From Fonticula alba ATCC 38817 (Eukaryota; Protista; Nucleariida), in assembly GCA_000388065.2 (NCBI GenBank), contig KB932204.1: a stretch of 31,434 nt of DNA. One strand, written 5' to 3'. The translations under genes were made by a program, and so were the position numbers. Below, one piece after another: positions 1 through 10,633 of the stretch. The notes beneath the pieces were generated by a model. The model was not told the DNA's origin, did no database searches, and was given only the letters and a program-made list of their open reading frames with translations. Each line of letters starts with the position of its first letter. The first letter of the stretch is position 1.

Positions 1-127
1 TGTGTGAGCATGTGCCCCTTTCTCTTGATTCCCTACTAACACACTCATGCACACACGCACGCGCATACATATACACATTTATGTATGTGGATGGGGCTAC
101 ATATGCTGTGCGTCCAAATTACCCTAG

Positions 128-2254
128 AACTATTACCAGTTCAAGGGACGGGTGGCCCTGCAAAAGCTGCTGATCAGCGACGTCGAGGGGCCAGTGGCCT
201 CAAACCGTGGACCGATGGCCAATGTCTTCGAGATGACGCGCTACGATACCTCGCCTCCCAAGAAGTATTACATTTGTCTGCGCTCGCAACAAGAGAAGCG
301 CAAGTGGCTCTCCCTGATTCAGGCTCGACAGGACGCTCTGCCGCCGGCAGTATCGCCGGTAGACGGTGCGCCCTCTTCCTCCCCTCCCCCCTCCCTCCCT
401 TCTCCTCTTCATGTCCCTGACATTTGCCCACACGAACAAAAAAAAACACCTTCTGCCCTGCTCCTTCACATAGTCACTCGGCTTCATGTCGATACGGCCT
501 CCCTATCTCCAGGTGGCCATCCATCGGCCTCGCCGCAGCCGTCGCCCACTCCCGGTGCCGGGCGCTTCTTGTCGGTGGAGGTCTCGGGCCTTTCCGGGAC
601 CGAGTCCGGCTCGCGACCCTCCTCGCCCTCTGGCGGCTTCCATGCGTCCCCCGGGGGCGGCATTGCCAGTGGCACCTCGAGCGACACGCTGGCCAGCGGC
701 CCGGCGGTTACCTCGATCGCCGGCCCGCCCCTGTCCAAGGAGAAGCGCCCGTCCAAGCGTACGGCCGCCATCACGGCCCTCTTCCCCGGGCGTCGGAAGA
801 GCGGTGTGCCGGATGTCGCACAGCAACTCCTGCCTGTGGCGGCCGGGGCCCCTGGTGCTGGGGCTGGTGGCAGTCTCAAAAACAGTCGGTCGGAATCCTC
901 CCTGTCGACTTTGGCCTCCGGAAATGGCACCAACGGCGCCATTCCCGGGCATGACATGTACCACCACCCGGGCAATGATGACTACTCCTTCGCGCGGCTA
1001 CACTCGCCGGGCGACCCTGCCAATGGTGTCCCTCCCAGTGAGCCCCGCGATCTCGAGCTCAATCGCCGCCTGGTAGATCGCATTGATCTGGCCCTGAAGC
1101 AACTTCTGTACGAGGAGGAGCTGGCGGCGAGTGGCGGGTCGTCCAGCAGCAGCCCCGGTGGATTAGTGGCCAGTGGGGGCACCCTGGCCGATTCCCATGC
1201 CAAGTCTTTCTCCGTGCCGATTCTGGTGGTGTCGGACGAGATGGACTCGCAGCCGGCGCCGCGTACCCCGGCGAACAAGGCCCCGGCCGCGGCTTCCCCC
1301 TCGCCGGTGATTGTGGTGACCCCGTCGCCTCCGAACGATGGGGTCGATGGTGCCGAGTCGGCCGCGGCAGCTGCTTCGGATCCGGATCCGAGCACCCCGG
1401 CGGCGGCGACGGCGGCTGCTGCTGCTGCCGACGCCACCCCCAGCACCCCGACATCCCCCATGGCCAAGACATCGGCCCCGGCGCCGGCAATGCTGGCCGA
1501 GCCGCTGCGCTCGCCGGCACGGCGCGCATCCATCTCTGGGCCCTCCTCCGGGACCGGGCTCTTCCCCGGCTCGTCGACCGGCTCCTCTTCTGCCCTGGTT
1601 GCTGACAGCAAGACCGATCGGTCGGTCGAGGGGGAAGCGCGTGCTCCCCCGGTGGAGCCCAACAAGGCGGCCCTCTCTTCGGCGTCCAGTAGCTCGACCC
1701 CGGCCCTTGAAGCTGCTGTCGCCAGGCAGGTTCGGGACTCGGGTGGTACCATTCCCCCGGGGTCCCGGTCCGAGTCCGCCCCGACCGGGGCGCCTCCGGC
1801 CCAGGGGCCAACCCGGCGGAGCCGGCGTATCCCGGATGACGGCCCGCTTCCCTCCTTTGCCGAGAGGCAGAAGCTCTTCAGTGGCGGGGGCCCGGCTCCC
1901 TCTCCCCTGGGGGGGACCGCGCTGCCGACACGCTCGGCTTCCGTCCGGCCGACAGCCAGTAACTCTGGGCTGCGTCCCTCTCCTGGCGGAGTGCCCCTGA
2001 TCAAGGCCCACTCTGCGTCCATTGGCCACCTGTCAGAAAGCACGCTAACCGGGCTTCGGTCAACCTCAATCGAAGCACTGGGGCCTGCCTCCGGCTCGTC
2101 CTCGACGGGTGCGGGTGGCCGGGCGTCACGGCGTGACGAGCGTGCCGATTGGCTTGTCGAGGCGCGCGGGCAGCTCCGCAAGCACCCGGCCGCGGTGTCT
2201 GCCTCCTCTGGCAGCCTTTCCTCATCCACCTCCTCCTCGCTGGGCGGGCGCTAA
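128..2254 (+). CDS. Terminal exon of a PH-domain protein (5' part lies outside the window; possibly a DH-PH RhoGEF), followed by a long Ser/Pro/Ala-rich disordered tail
   Basis: Branch point TACTAAC at 34-40 and acceptor CTAG at 124-127. The frame then reads NYYQFKGRVALQKLLISDVEG...ANVFEMTRYDTSPPKKYYICLRSQQEKRKWLSLIQ, which looks like the last strands plus the C-terminal Trp helix of a PH domain. Open to TAA at 2252-2254. The RhoGEF assignment is inference only, since no DH domain is visible. Confidence 0.72.
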   Translation, partial: NYYQFKGRVALQKLLISDVEGPVASNRGPMANVFEMTRYDTSPPKKYYICLRSQQEKRKWLSLIQARQDALPPAVSPVDGAPSSSPPPSLPSPLHVPDICPHEQKKTPSALLLHIVTRLHVDTASLSPGGHPSASPQPSPTPGAGRFLSVEVSGLSGTESGSRPSSPSGGFHASPGGGIASGTSSDTLASGPAVTSIAGPPLSKEKRPSKRTAAITALFPGRRKSGVPDVAQQLLPVAAGAPGAGAGGSLKNSRSESSLSTLASGNGTNGAIPGHDMYHHPGNDDYSFARLHSPGDPANGVPPSEPRDLELNRRLVDRIDLALKQLLYEEELAASGGSSSSSPGGLVASGGTLADSHAKSFSVPILVVSDEMDSQPAPRTPANKAPAAASPSPVIVVTPSPPNDGVDGAESAAAAASDPDPSTPAAATAAAAAADATPSTPTSPMAKTSAPAPAMLAEPLRSPARRASISGPSSGTGLFPGSSTGSSSALVADSKTDRSVEGEARAPPVEPNKAALSSASSSSTPALEAAVARQVRDSGGTIPPGSRSESAPTGAPPAQGPTRRSRRIPDDGPLPSFAERQKLFSGGGPAPSPLGGTALPTRSASVRPTASNSGLRPSPGGVPLIKAHSASIGHLSESTLTGLRSTSIEALGPASGSSSTGAGGRASRRDERADWLVEARGQLRKHPAAVSASSGSLSSSTSSSLGGR

Positions 2255-2857
2255 GAGCCACGCACACGACATTCACATGCGTATGAGTGTGTCTTTGTGT
2301 GCGCCTCCATAGCTCCTGGTGCGGCCCGATGGCGGACATGGCATTGGGGGTCATTTTCCTTGTCAATATGAGGCCCTTCGTCCCTCTCGAAAAAAAACCA
2401 ACACCTCCTTCTGCACCAAAGGAGTGCACGCATTTGGCGAAAGAGCAAGAAGGGCGGGGGAGGAGGGGCGTGGGAGGGGGAAGATGGGACACGGAAGCAA
2501 GCAGTCCCAGCGGGGGCGGTCCCTGACTTCCGGGTAGAAAGCGGGGGGGATACTCAGGGGGAGGTAATACTTTCCGGTGCAGCACGCTGCTGGGTAGCAT
2601 CCCATGGAGGGGTGGGGAACATGACCCAGGCCAAGACAGTCGGATTTCAAGACCCATCATCAGGAAGAAGACCAAGAGGAAGTGGTGGCAGAGGGGGGTA
2701 TAGGGGTGTGCGTGAGAGAGAGAGAGAGAGAGAAGACGAGCGAGGGAGCAAGGATGGGAAAGACCATCCTCACGAAAGGCAGGCAAGGGGGGGGGGGGGG
2801 TGCTAATGTGGGTGTATGGGTGTTTGTATTCTGAAGAAAAGAGGAGGAGTGGGGATC

Positions 2858-5297
2858 TCAAGGGCTGGGGGAGGTGTCAATCCGATAAACCTGGTGCCGG
2901 GTCCGGCCATCCGGCGACGCGGCGAAAAGGAATGCCGTGCAAAGGAGAACATTGCCGGTGGTATGATCGGCCAGGGTCTGGAGCACGGAGAAGTTGTCGA
3001 GGACACGGTTCTTGGCCTGAAGGTTGTCGACGTTGTTGCGTAACCGCTCCATGAAGTGCACGATGTAGTCACACAGGGGAGCATGGTTGAAGTGGTAGAC
3101 GAAATCATCGCCAATGGCCGAGGGCTCCTCGACCTGGATCTTTTCGACAACCGGCTGGCCGAAGGAGTAGATGGACGTCGAACAGCGGACGGTCAGTCGC
3201 TCGGAGGAGATATACCGCGCGGCCAGGGCATGCGTGCCATGCGGCAGCACAGATGTGGGGGTCAAGTCATCGGAGAAGGCGCCGGTGCTGGAAGACGGGA
3301 GGCTGGTGCTGCCGCCGCTGCCACTGTTGGTGGTGGAGGCCGACGCCGGCGCCGGGGCGCTGGCCTCGGTCCCCGCACCAGGGGTCACCATGGCAGAGGA
3401 AACCCCCGCCGTGACATCGTCCAACATGGCGGAACCCACCGACACGCCGGCCCCCGGGGACGCGGCCGCCGTCGAGGGAAGTGAAGCCCCGGCCGGGGGG
3501 ATGATGCCGCCAGGACCGCTGGCAGAGCCGGACAACGGCGGGGAGGATGACCGGGTGGAGGAATTTGAAGGAGAAGGATCAACGCCAACGGCACTGGCGG
3601 CCGCCCCCCCGCCAGGCACCGGGGAGGAGGTCGAGCCAATGGCGGCCGACTTCTTGGTGGGAGGAATGCCCACACCACCACCGCCGCCGGAGGCCGAAAT
3701 GTCACTGCCATCTGCCGCGTTGCCAGCCACCATCGAAGCAAATTGCGTGGCCGGATTGGACGTCAAGTCCACCCAGAGACGCGCCGCATAGAAGCAATGG
3801 GGCTCGCCATACTCCATCAGGGAGTTGAGGCCAGGGAACTTGGACAGGAGGCTGGTCAGCTTGATGGAGGTGTCATGAATCCCCGGCAGCTGGGAGAGAT
3901 CAGCCTTGCGGGCATACTCATCGGAGGCCAGGCGGGCGGCGGACATTTCCGCCTCACCGGGAATGGTGTCGGAGTGTGTCAACTGGCGCAGGTATTCCGC
4001 CTGTCGAGTGGCAATGCGTCGATCCTGCGCCGCAATGTCCACGGCCGTCGGCGCGCCCTGGCTCATGTGCACATAGTGATGGCGAGTGAGCTGGCGTTCG
4101 GGGGGGGGAGGGGAAGGAAAAGAGGGCTGGGTACGGCACACACACGCGCGCGCGCGCGCGCGCGCGAAGAGGTGCAACAGAGAAAAGAAGCGAAAAAGGA
4201 AGGGACACGGACCACCTCGGACCGCCGAGCGAAGACCCCCCGGCCATTGAGCGGATCAGAGACCTTGGCCAGGACGGCCGCCGGAACGGGCATCTCCAAA
4301 AAGGCGGCAAAAAGGTCGAGAGCCATGCGCGGGGAAGCAGGAACCGTGGGTGGGGGCTGCTGCATGATGGCCAGCACATTGGGAGCCAATGCCTGGTGGG
4401 GGCCTCCAACATCGGGGAAGACACCGGGGGGATTGGCACCCGTGCGGACACGAGCACCTCCATGAGGCGAGAGGGTGCCGGTGGCCGTGGAGATGGCTGC
4501 CGCCGACAGAAGACCGCCCGGCGCCTGGCCAAGGAGGTGCTGAGCCTGGGAGGACGATGCCGCAGAGGAAGACAGAAGATGGTGATGTTGCTGCTGCTGC
4601 GCGGCGGCGGCGGCGGCAGCGGCTACCTGCTGTTGCTGTTGCTGCTGCTGCTGCTGCTGCTGGAGCTGCATTTGAAGCTGCTGCTGCATGTGAAGCGAAT
4701 GTGAACCCGGGCCAGCAGCACCATGAGCACCGGCAATCAGGTGGTGCTGTTGGTTGGCGGCGGTCACCGCCGCTGCGGCCTGCTGCTGCAGGAGGACGGC
4801 CGTCTGCTGTACACCCCCACGGATGGGCACATTTACCAAGCTGGAATTGTGCGGGGAGGAATGGTGAGCGAATGGCTGTGCTCCGCCCCCCGGCAGGAAA
4901 TGACCGCCGCCATGTGGCTGTCCGGAGGAGGACTGTGCCTGACCCGAGTGGTGGGCAAGCTGCGGGACCAGACCCTGGGCACCGGCGCCGGCGCCGGGAA
5001 ATGAATGGCCCAGAAGCTGCTGGCCTGGCTGCTGTTGGCCCGGGTGATGATGGTGATGGTCACCAGTGGCACCCATGCGCGATGCGAAGGCCCCATAAGA
5101 GGCCAGAGATCCGCCACCGGGAGCCTGGGAGTAGGGAGACTGTGGTGATGGGGGCCAGTGGAGAGCACAGGTGGAAGGGCAAAACAAGAAGGTGCATGAT
5201 CAGGGTGTCTCGGAAGGTCAGAAACACGATGACCCGACGAAATGAGAGAGCAAGAGGATTGGGAGGGGGGATGGAGGCTCCACCCGGCCACCCCTCT

Positions 5298-5328
<31 letters not shown>

Positions 5329-6036
5329 CCCCCCCCCCCCCCCCCCCCCCGCTACTGTGAGTCCCACACGCACCTGGCTTTGACCGATGATGTTGGAAAT
5401 GAGAGCCGAGCTGCTGGGAGTGGGGGTGGTCTCAGGGTGACCAGCACCAGCTGAGCCATCGGCCCCGGCTCCGGCCAGGCCACCAATGGAGGCAGGGTTG
5501 TTGACGGCCGAGGCGGCAGCCGCAGCGGCCACAGCGGCAGCCGCATGTGCAGCCTTCTCGGCCTCGTGGGCCTTGCGATTCTTCTTGGAGATGACCTGAA
5601 TATGCGAGGAGACCTGCTTGCGAGTGCGGGTCTTGCCGGTTCGCTGGAAGATGAACTTGGCAATGAGCTCATTCCGCCCGTACATCTTACCACCGTCCAG
5701 CAGCTTTCGACGGCCAATGGGCGGGAAGAGCTTCAGGGCTTCGTGGAAGGCACTGTGACAGGTCGGTGGCGGATGGCGAGGGGAGAGAGAGAGAGAGAGA
5801 GAGAGGTCAGATGAATGAAAGAGAAGCATGGACTGCGGGTGGACATGAAGAAACCGGGGAGGGGGGCGGTGGTGGGGGGAGACGTACTTGTCTACATCCT
5901 CGGGCCAAATGTTATCCTCCTCATCGGGCTTCGGGGTGCCACTCTCGGACTTGCTCGGGGGCGGGCTGGCTGAAGAGGAGGGACCTGGGCTCTCGGAAGG
6001 GGGGCGCCCGGAAGACTTGGCAGGGGTCTTGGTCAT
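2858..6036 (-). CDS. TEAD: TEAD/TEF-1/Scalloped-family transcription factor with TEA DNA-binding domain and C-terminal YAP-binding domain. Exons approx. 6036-5888, 5752-5374, 5139(or 5124)-4213(or 4216), 4090-2858
   Basis: Splicing exons 1-2 gives [61 protein letters not shown], a canonical TEA domain. The C-terminus contains [72 protein letters not shown] and RHQVYRI, collinear with the TEAD YAP-binding domain. All introns are GT-AG with compatible phases. Confidence 0.93.
4136..4166. repeat. Alternating purine-pyrimidine tract with (CG)11, in TEAD intron 3
   Basis: gcacacacac followed by (cg)11 at 4145-4166. Confidence 0.9.
5298..5350. repeat. Poly-C tract (C28-T-C24), read as poly-G on the TEAD pre-mRNA, intron 2
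   Basis: Directly visible homopolymer just inside the donor at 5373. Confidence 0.9.
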
Positions 6037-6773
6037 TGGGTGTTTCTGTGGGAGAGACACGCCGGGGGGGAGGGGGAGGGGGGGCAAGCAACAGGGGATG
6101 AGGAAGGCAGGGTAAGGGAGAGTCCATCGGGAGGGAAAGCCAGCAGGCCCAACAGGGGAGGAAGACATGATGGTGGGACGCACCAGAAAAAGCGGCGATC
6201 AGAAGGGGGGAGGCATGAACGGCACGCGGTCGGGGCGCGCTGCTTCTCTCGCTCGAACTGTATAGCCAACTTGCAGAGACAAGTCAAGGGAGGCGGGGGG
6301 AGGGGAAGGGCTGCCCAAAGGACGTGGTGTGTGTTCTTGGCGATCGACACCACGGTGCGCGGAGAGAATGAGGAGGGGGAGGGATGGCGAGGAGGCGGGA
6401 AGAGGGGAACAGACTCGAGGGGCAAACGGGAGGCGAGGGGACGAGGGGCAGGCGGGAGGGGGGGGGGGGAGGAATCCATTGGTCCCTGCTCGATGGAGAA
6501 TTCAATGAGGAATTTGAAGAATTCACGATCAGGAAACTCCCTCTCCTTGAGAATGTGTTTCCCCAGGCAGCAGATGGGAAATCAACGAAGCCCGTCTGCA
6601 CGGTCCCCGGCCGCGGGAGCTGGAGCTGGAGATGGATGGCGAATCTCCGGGCGGCGTGGGACAGGCTCCAGTCAGCCCGTGGGCGGGTGGCGGTCCCAGG
6701 CCTCCAGGCAGCGGGGGGAAGCCCAGGGGGGGGGGGGGACGCGGGGGCCTTGCCCGCTTTCGGGGGGCCATGC

Positions 6774-6918
6774 NNNNNNNNNNNNNNNNNNNNNNNNNNN
6801 NNNNNNNNNNNNNNNNNNNNNNNNNNNNNNNNNNNNNNNNNNNNNNNNNNNNNNNNNNNNNNNNNNNNNNNNNNNNNNNNNNNNNNNNNNNNNNNNNNNN
6901 NNNNNNNNNNNNNNNNNN
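6774..6918. other. Assembly gap (145 N)
   Basis: Run of N. Confidence 1.
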
Positions 6919-6926
6919 GGGGGGAG

Positions 6927-9183
6927 GGAATGGGCAGACAAGAAGAAAGCACAGAGCGGAGCAAAGCCTATCGAGCATCGAGCATCGGGAAATTTGGCCT
7001 AGCTGCGTGTGTGAGGGGGCAGGAGGGGCCCGCGCGGGAACACCACGGTGGCGAGAACCCCCCCCCCGGTGTCATCAAGTCGTCCTCCATCCCCGGTGCC
7101 TCGCTCGCCCGCTGCCGAGGGGGGGCAGGCCGGGTGTGCGGTGCACAGCGGAGACCTAAACGCCTAGTAGCTACCCACTTGGGATCCGGCGAGAGTGCGC
7201 GGGAGAGGGAAGCGAAAAAAGCCCGCTCGCTCGGGCCCAGCCGGCGCATTCCCGCGCCAGGCGTCTCGCGGGGCGGGGGGCGAAAACGCGAGGAAGAAGG
7301 TCTGAGGGGGGGAAGGAGGTTATGGGCGGGGGGGGGGCGTGGCAGCCACGAACCCCCCCACGCATGTAGGCAAGCCGGGGGGGGGGGAGGTCGGGCGCGC
7401 ACATTCCGCCCGCGCGGGTGCCGAGCCCGCCCAACATCCAGGTCCACCAAGTGAGGGGTCTGCCGCCGGCCTGCGCAGGGTCCGCCGAGGCAACACGTCG
7501 GGGTAAAAGCCGAAAGACCAAGGGGGACTCGCAAGGGCCAAGGAAAGAGGGTTAGAGGGAGCCGGCGCTGGCAGCAACCGTCCCTGTTGGCTGCCCCTCC
7601 GGACAAGCAGGGGGATGCGGAATCCCAGGCAGCAACCATGCTGGGACGAGCACGATCAGCCGGTTGAGAGGGCCTCGAGGGACGGCCTCCATCCGCCTCC
7701 CCCCCTTGCCGAAAGTATTGACGAGGGGGAGGGGCCGGGAGGCCCCGCCGCCTGGAGGCGTCAACACCGAGCACCGTCCAGGGGGGAGGGGGGGGGGGGG
7801 GATCCCCCCATGCCTCGAGGACGAGCAAGCATGTGTCGGCCGGCCGGTGCGCGTTCGTCCGCCCTGCCCCGGGCCCGGCCCCGGCGGCCAGAGAGGTGGT
7901 AGAACAGGGCGAGCGGCTGCCAGCGCTGGAATGTGCCGAGGCCAAGTGCGCTCTCCTCGCCGATCCGTTGCCAATGAACGATCCCCGTCCAGGCCGGGCC
8001 GGACCGGGCCGGGCCTCGGGCTGTCCTCCACACGCACCCCAACACCCCTTTCTTTGGCCGGCGAGCGTGCAAGCTTGCATGCACACTTGTCGGGCGCCGT
8101 GAACGCAGGTCCGCCCAGGGACAGGGGGGGAGGGGGCGATCTGACTCGAGCATGCATTCCGATCTAAGGACAGGACTCGTAAGGCCGGACAGTTGGTGTG
8201 TTTGGGGACATTCGTGCGCGCAGGCTCCCGCGCGCCATGTCCCAAAAATTTGGCTCCGCAATTAGGATGTACGCCGGGCATCCTCTCTCAGAGGGGGGAG
8301 AGGCGCCCAACCGGCCGGCGAAAGAGCGCACCACAGTCCGGTCTTCCGGCCTCACTTTAACTGCACCTCGCGGCACCTTTCGCCCCGCCCCCCCCGGGCG
8401 CTCAGGAGCAGCTTCGCACCCCAATCCCCCATAAATGGCGGGGACAATATTCCTCGCTGTATATCTCTGGTCCTGCGCCGTTGCCTCTCCTGAGAGGAAG
8501 TCCTCCACTCACAGGCGGGTGCTCTGTTGGCCCAGGCGCCCCGCGGAGGATCGCCGAAACCCGGAGCCCAAGATAAGCCCGGGTAGAGGGAGGGGCTTTA
8601 TTTCCGGCCCCGGGCTGCGGCCGTACTGTCCGCCAGGCGCCGTCGCCAAGGGCGGAGGTCCTCCGGGCGAAAAGGCGCGGTCCGCATGCTCTCGGCCATG
8701 TGGGGGCCGGCCCCCCCCCCCCCCCCCCCCCCCCGGTCGAAAGATCGGCGGAAGCCCCAAGCCCGCGTGTGGGTTTCTCACTTCCAGCCTCTTCGGGACG
8801 CTCCGGCACTCCAAGGAAGAGAGAGAGAGACCTGCTGCCTCACTCTCTGCCACCGCGGGCGGTTTTCGCGGTCCTGCCTGACTCGGCTTGGGCGCCCGGG
8901 TGCAGGCAAGTATGCATTCCTGCCTTGGCGCATTCCACCTGTCCGAAAAACTCAATAGCATTCCTTGTCTTGGAGGCGAGCCGCCTGCTCGGCCCCCCTC
9001 CCCCGCCCCCTCGCCCCTTCGCAGTCCGTGTCCCGGACCACTCTTTTGTCACTTCCATTCCGGGTTCCCCATCCTTCCGGACCCCATCGACTTGGTCTCC
9101 CTGGCTCTTGCGGAACGAGGGCGAGCTCCTCCTTCCAAGAATTCACCAAGTCTTGAAGCCTTCCAGATGGGCGCCAGGGAATG
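6927..9183. promoter_or_regulatory. Cluster of 10 TEA-domain (M-CAT/TCS) motifs CATTCC/GGAATG in the divergent intergenic region upstream of TEAD
   Basis: Sites at 6927, 7247, 7402, 7928, 8155, 8915, 8931, 8959, 9056 and 9178. Seven match the extended RCATTCC, and three lie within 50 bp (8915-8964). Function is inferred. Confidence 0.45.
8429..8438. promoter_or_regulatory. Canonical CArG box CCATAAATGG (SRF/Mcm1-type MADS site)
   Basis: Exact CC(A/T)6GG match inside the M-CAT cluster; single site. Confidence 0.3.
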
Positions 9184-10633
9184 GGGAACATTATTCCCCT
9201 TGTCCGGGACCCATGTTGTGGCTGCTCGCCAGCGGTTGACGGAGACTCACCTCTGCAGGGGCTCGGGGGGGGGACAGGAGGCCGGAAGGAAAGTCCTCCT
9301 GTCTGGAGAAATGCACACGGAACGCGGGCGAAGAGGGTTGGTCCTCGGCAGACTCCGTAGGTTCCAGGGTCTCTGATATGGGGTCAGCGCCAGCAAATTG
9401 CATCACACGCCCGGCACGTTCCTACGCAAGTATCGCACATGATTATCACTCACTTTGGTTCGCGATCTTTGCTTCCAGCCTCCCAGGTTGTTGCCCCATT
9501 GAGCCACACGGGGCTGGGTCACGTTTCATCCAGGGCATCCCTTCCAAAAGTGGTATGGTCTCGACTCCGCCCCTCATGGCGGGCGGTGGTTGTTATTTCG
9601 CCAGCCCAACTTCCGGTGTTCGGCCAGCGTGGAACACCTGGGACGAGGGGAGGCCGGAAAGCCTGCGTTCGGCTCCGCCCCGTTGCCGGGACCGGCCCCG
9701 GACGAGGATCGTGCCGGAAAGCTGCGAGCGCCATAAGGCATCAGGCTGGGGATGCGGGCGAGGTCCCGCGTCCCGTCGTGTGGAATCTTGGGCGCAGGCA
9801 TGAAACACCGCGCCAAGTAACTGGTCGCCAGTCGGCCGAGAGTCTCCCACCCGGCCTGCGCCCCGATTCCGATGCCGCTGCTGGGAGCATTGGGCGTTTT
9901 GTGAGAGGCGAAGGGGGCTGGTGCCGGCGTATTATCCGCCCTCGCCAACCACCCATCATCTGCTTGTACTTTTGTGGGGTGCCCAGCGAGGTGGAGGCCT
10001 GGGGGAGGACGTCGAGGGTGTGGGTGCCTGGTTGTTCCTTGTTTTTTTTTTTTGCTATTTATTTGATTGTCCAATGGGCGTGCTTGGTCGGGGCGGGTCA
10101 CTTGCCCTTGCGCGTGTTCCCCTCCGGGCCTCGCACATGGGGGAGTGTCCTGGTCCTCATCTTGTGGGCGGGGGGAGGGGGAGGAATTCCAAGTCACTCG
10201 ACGACCCGAGCCCCTGGTGGATTGCTGGGTGTGGGGACACTTGGGCTGTCCTTCCAGCGGTTGGCTTGTTCCTTTCTCCCCGGGCAATGTCCATCCCGCG
10301 GTCTGTTGGTGTGGGGGCGCCCCTGGCCCGATGTGGCAAGAGAGCCTGAGCTTTGCAACCTGGCTGGCGAGGGGAGCTCTTTCACGCGTTTCGAGCCTGT
10401 TGGCGGGCGTCTGGCCACTGACTGAGGGTGATGCGCTCGGGGCATGATTTCGCGTCCAAACTCTCCTGGAAAGGCGAGGAGGAGATGGGGGGGGGGGGGG
10501 GGCTGAGGACGGCGGCTGCTACTTCGGGGAGGGCCATGTACCCCGGCGATTAGAGGCGTGGGGCTACCTGCCTCGTTGCTTGTCTCCTTCTCCGCCTTCT
10601 GTCCGCCTCCCCTCCCCACCTTCCGATCAACCA

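Noticed and set aside
8242-8253. Second CArG-like element CCAAAAATTTGG
   Set aside because: It has eight A/T between CC and GG, so it is not the canonical CC(A/T)6GG.
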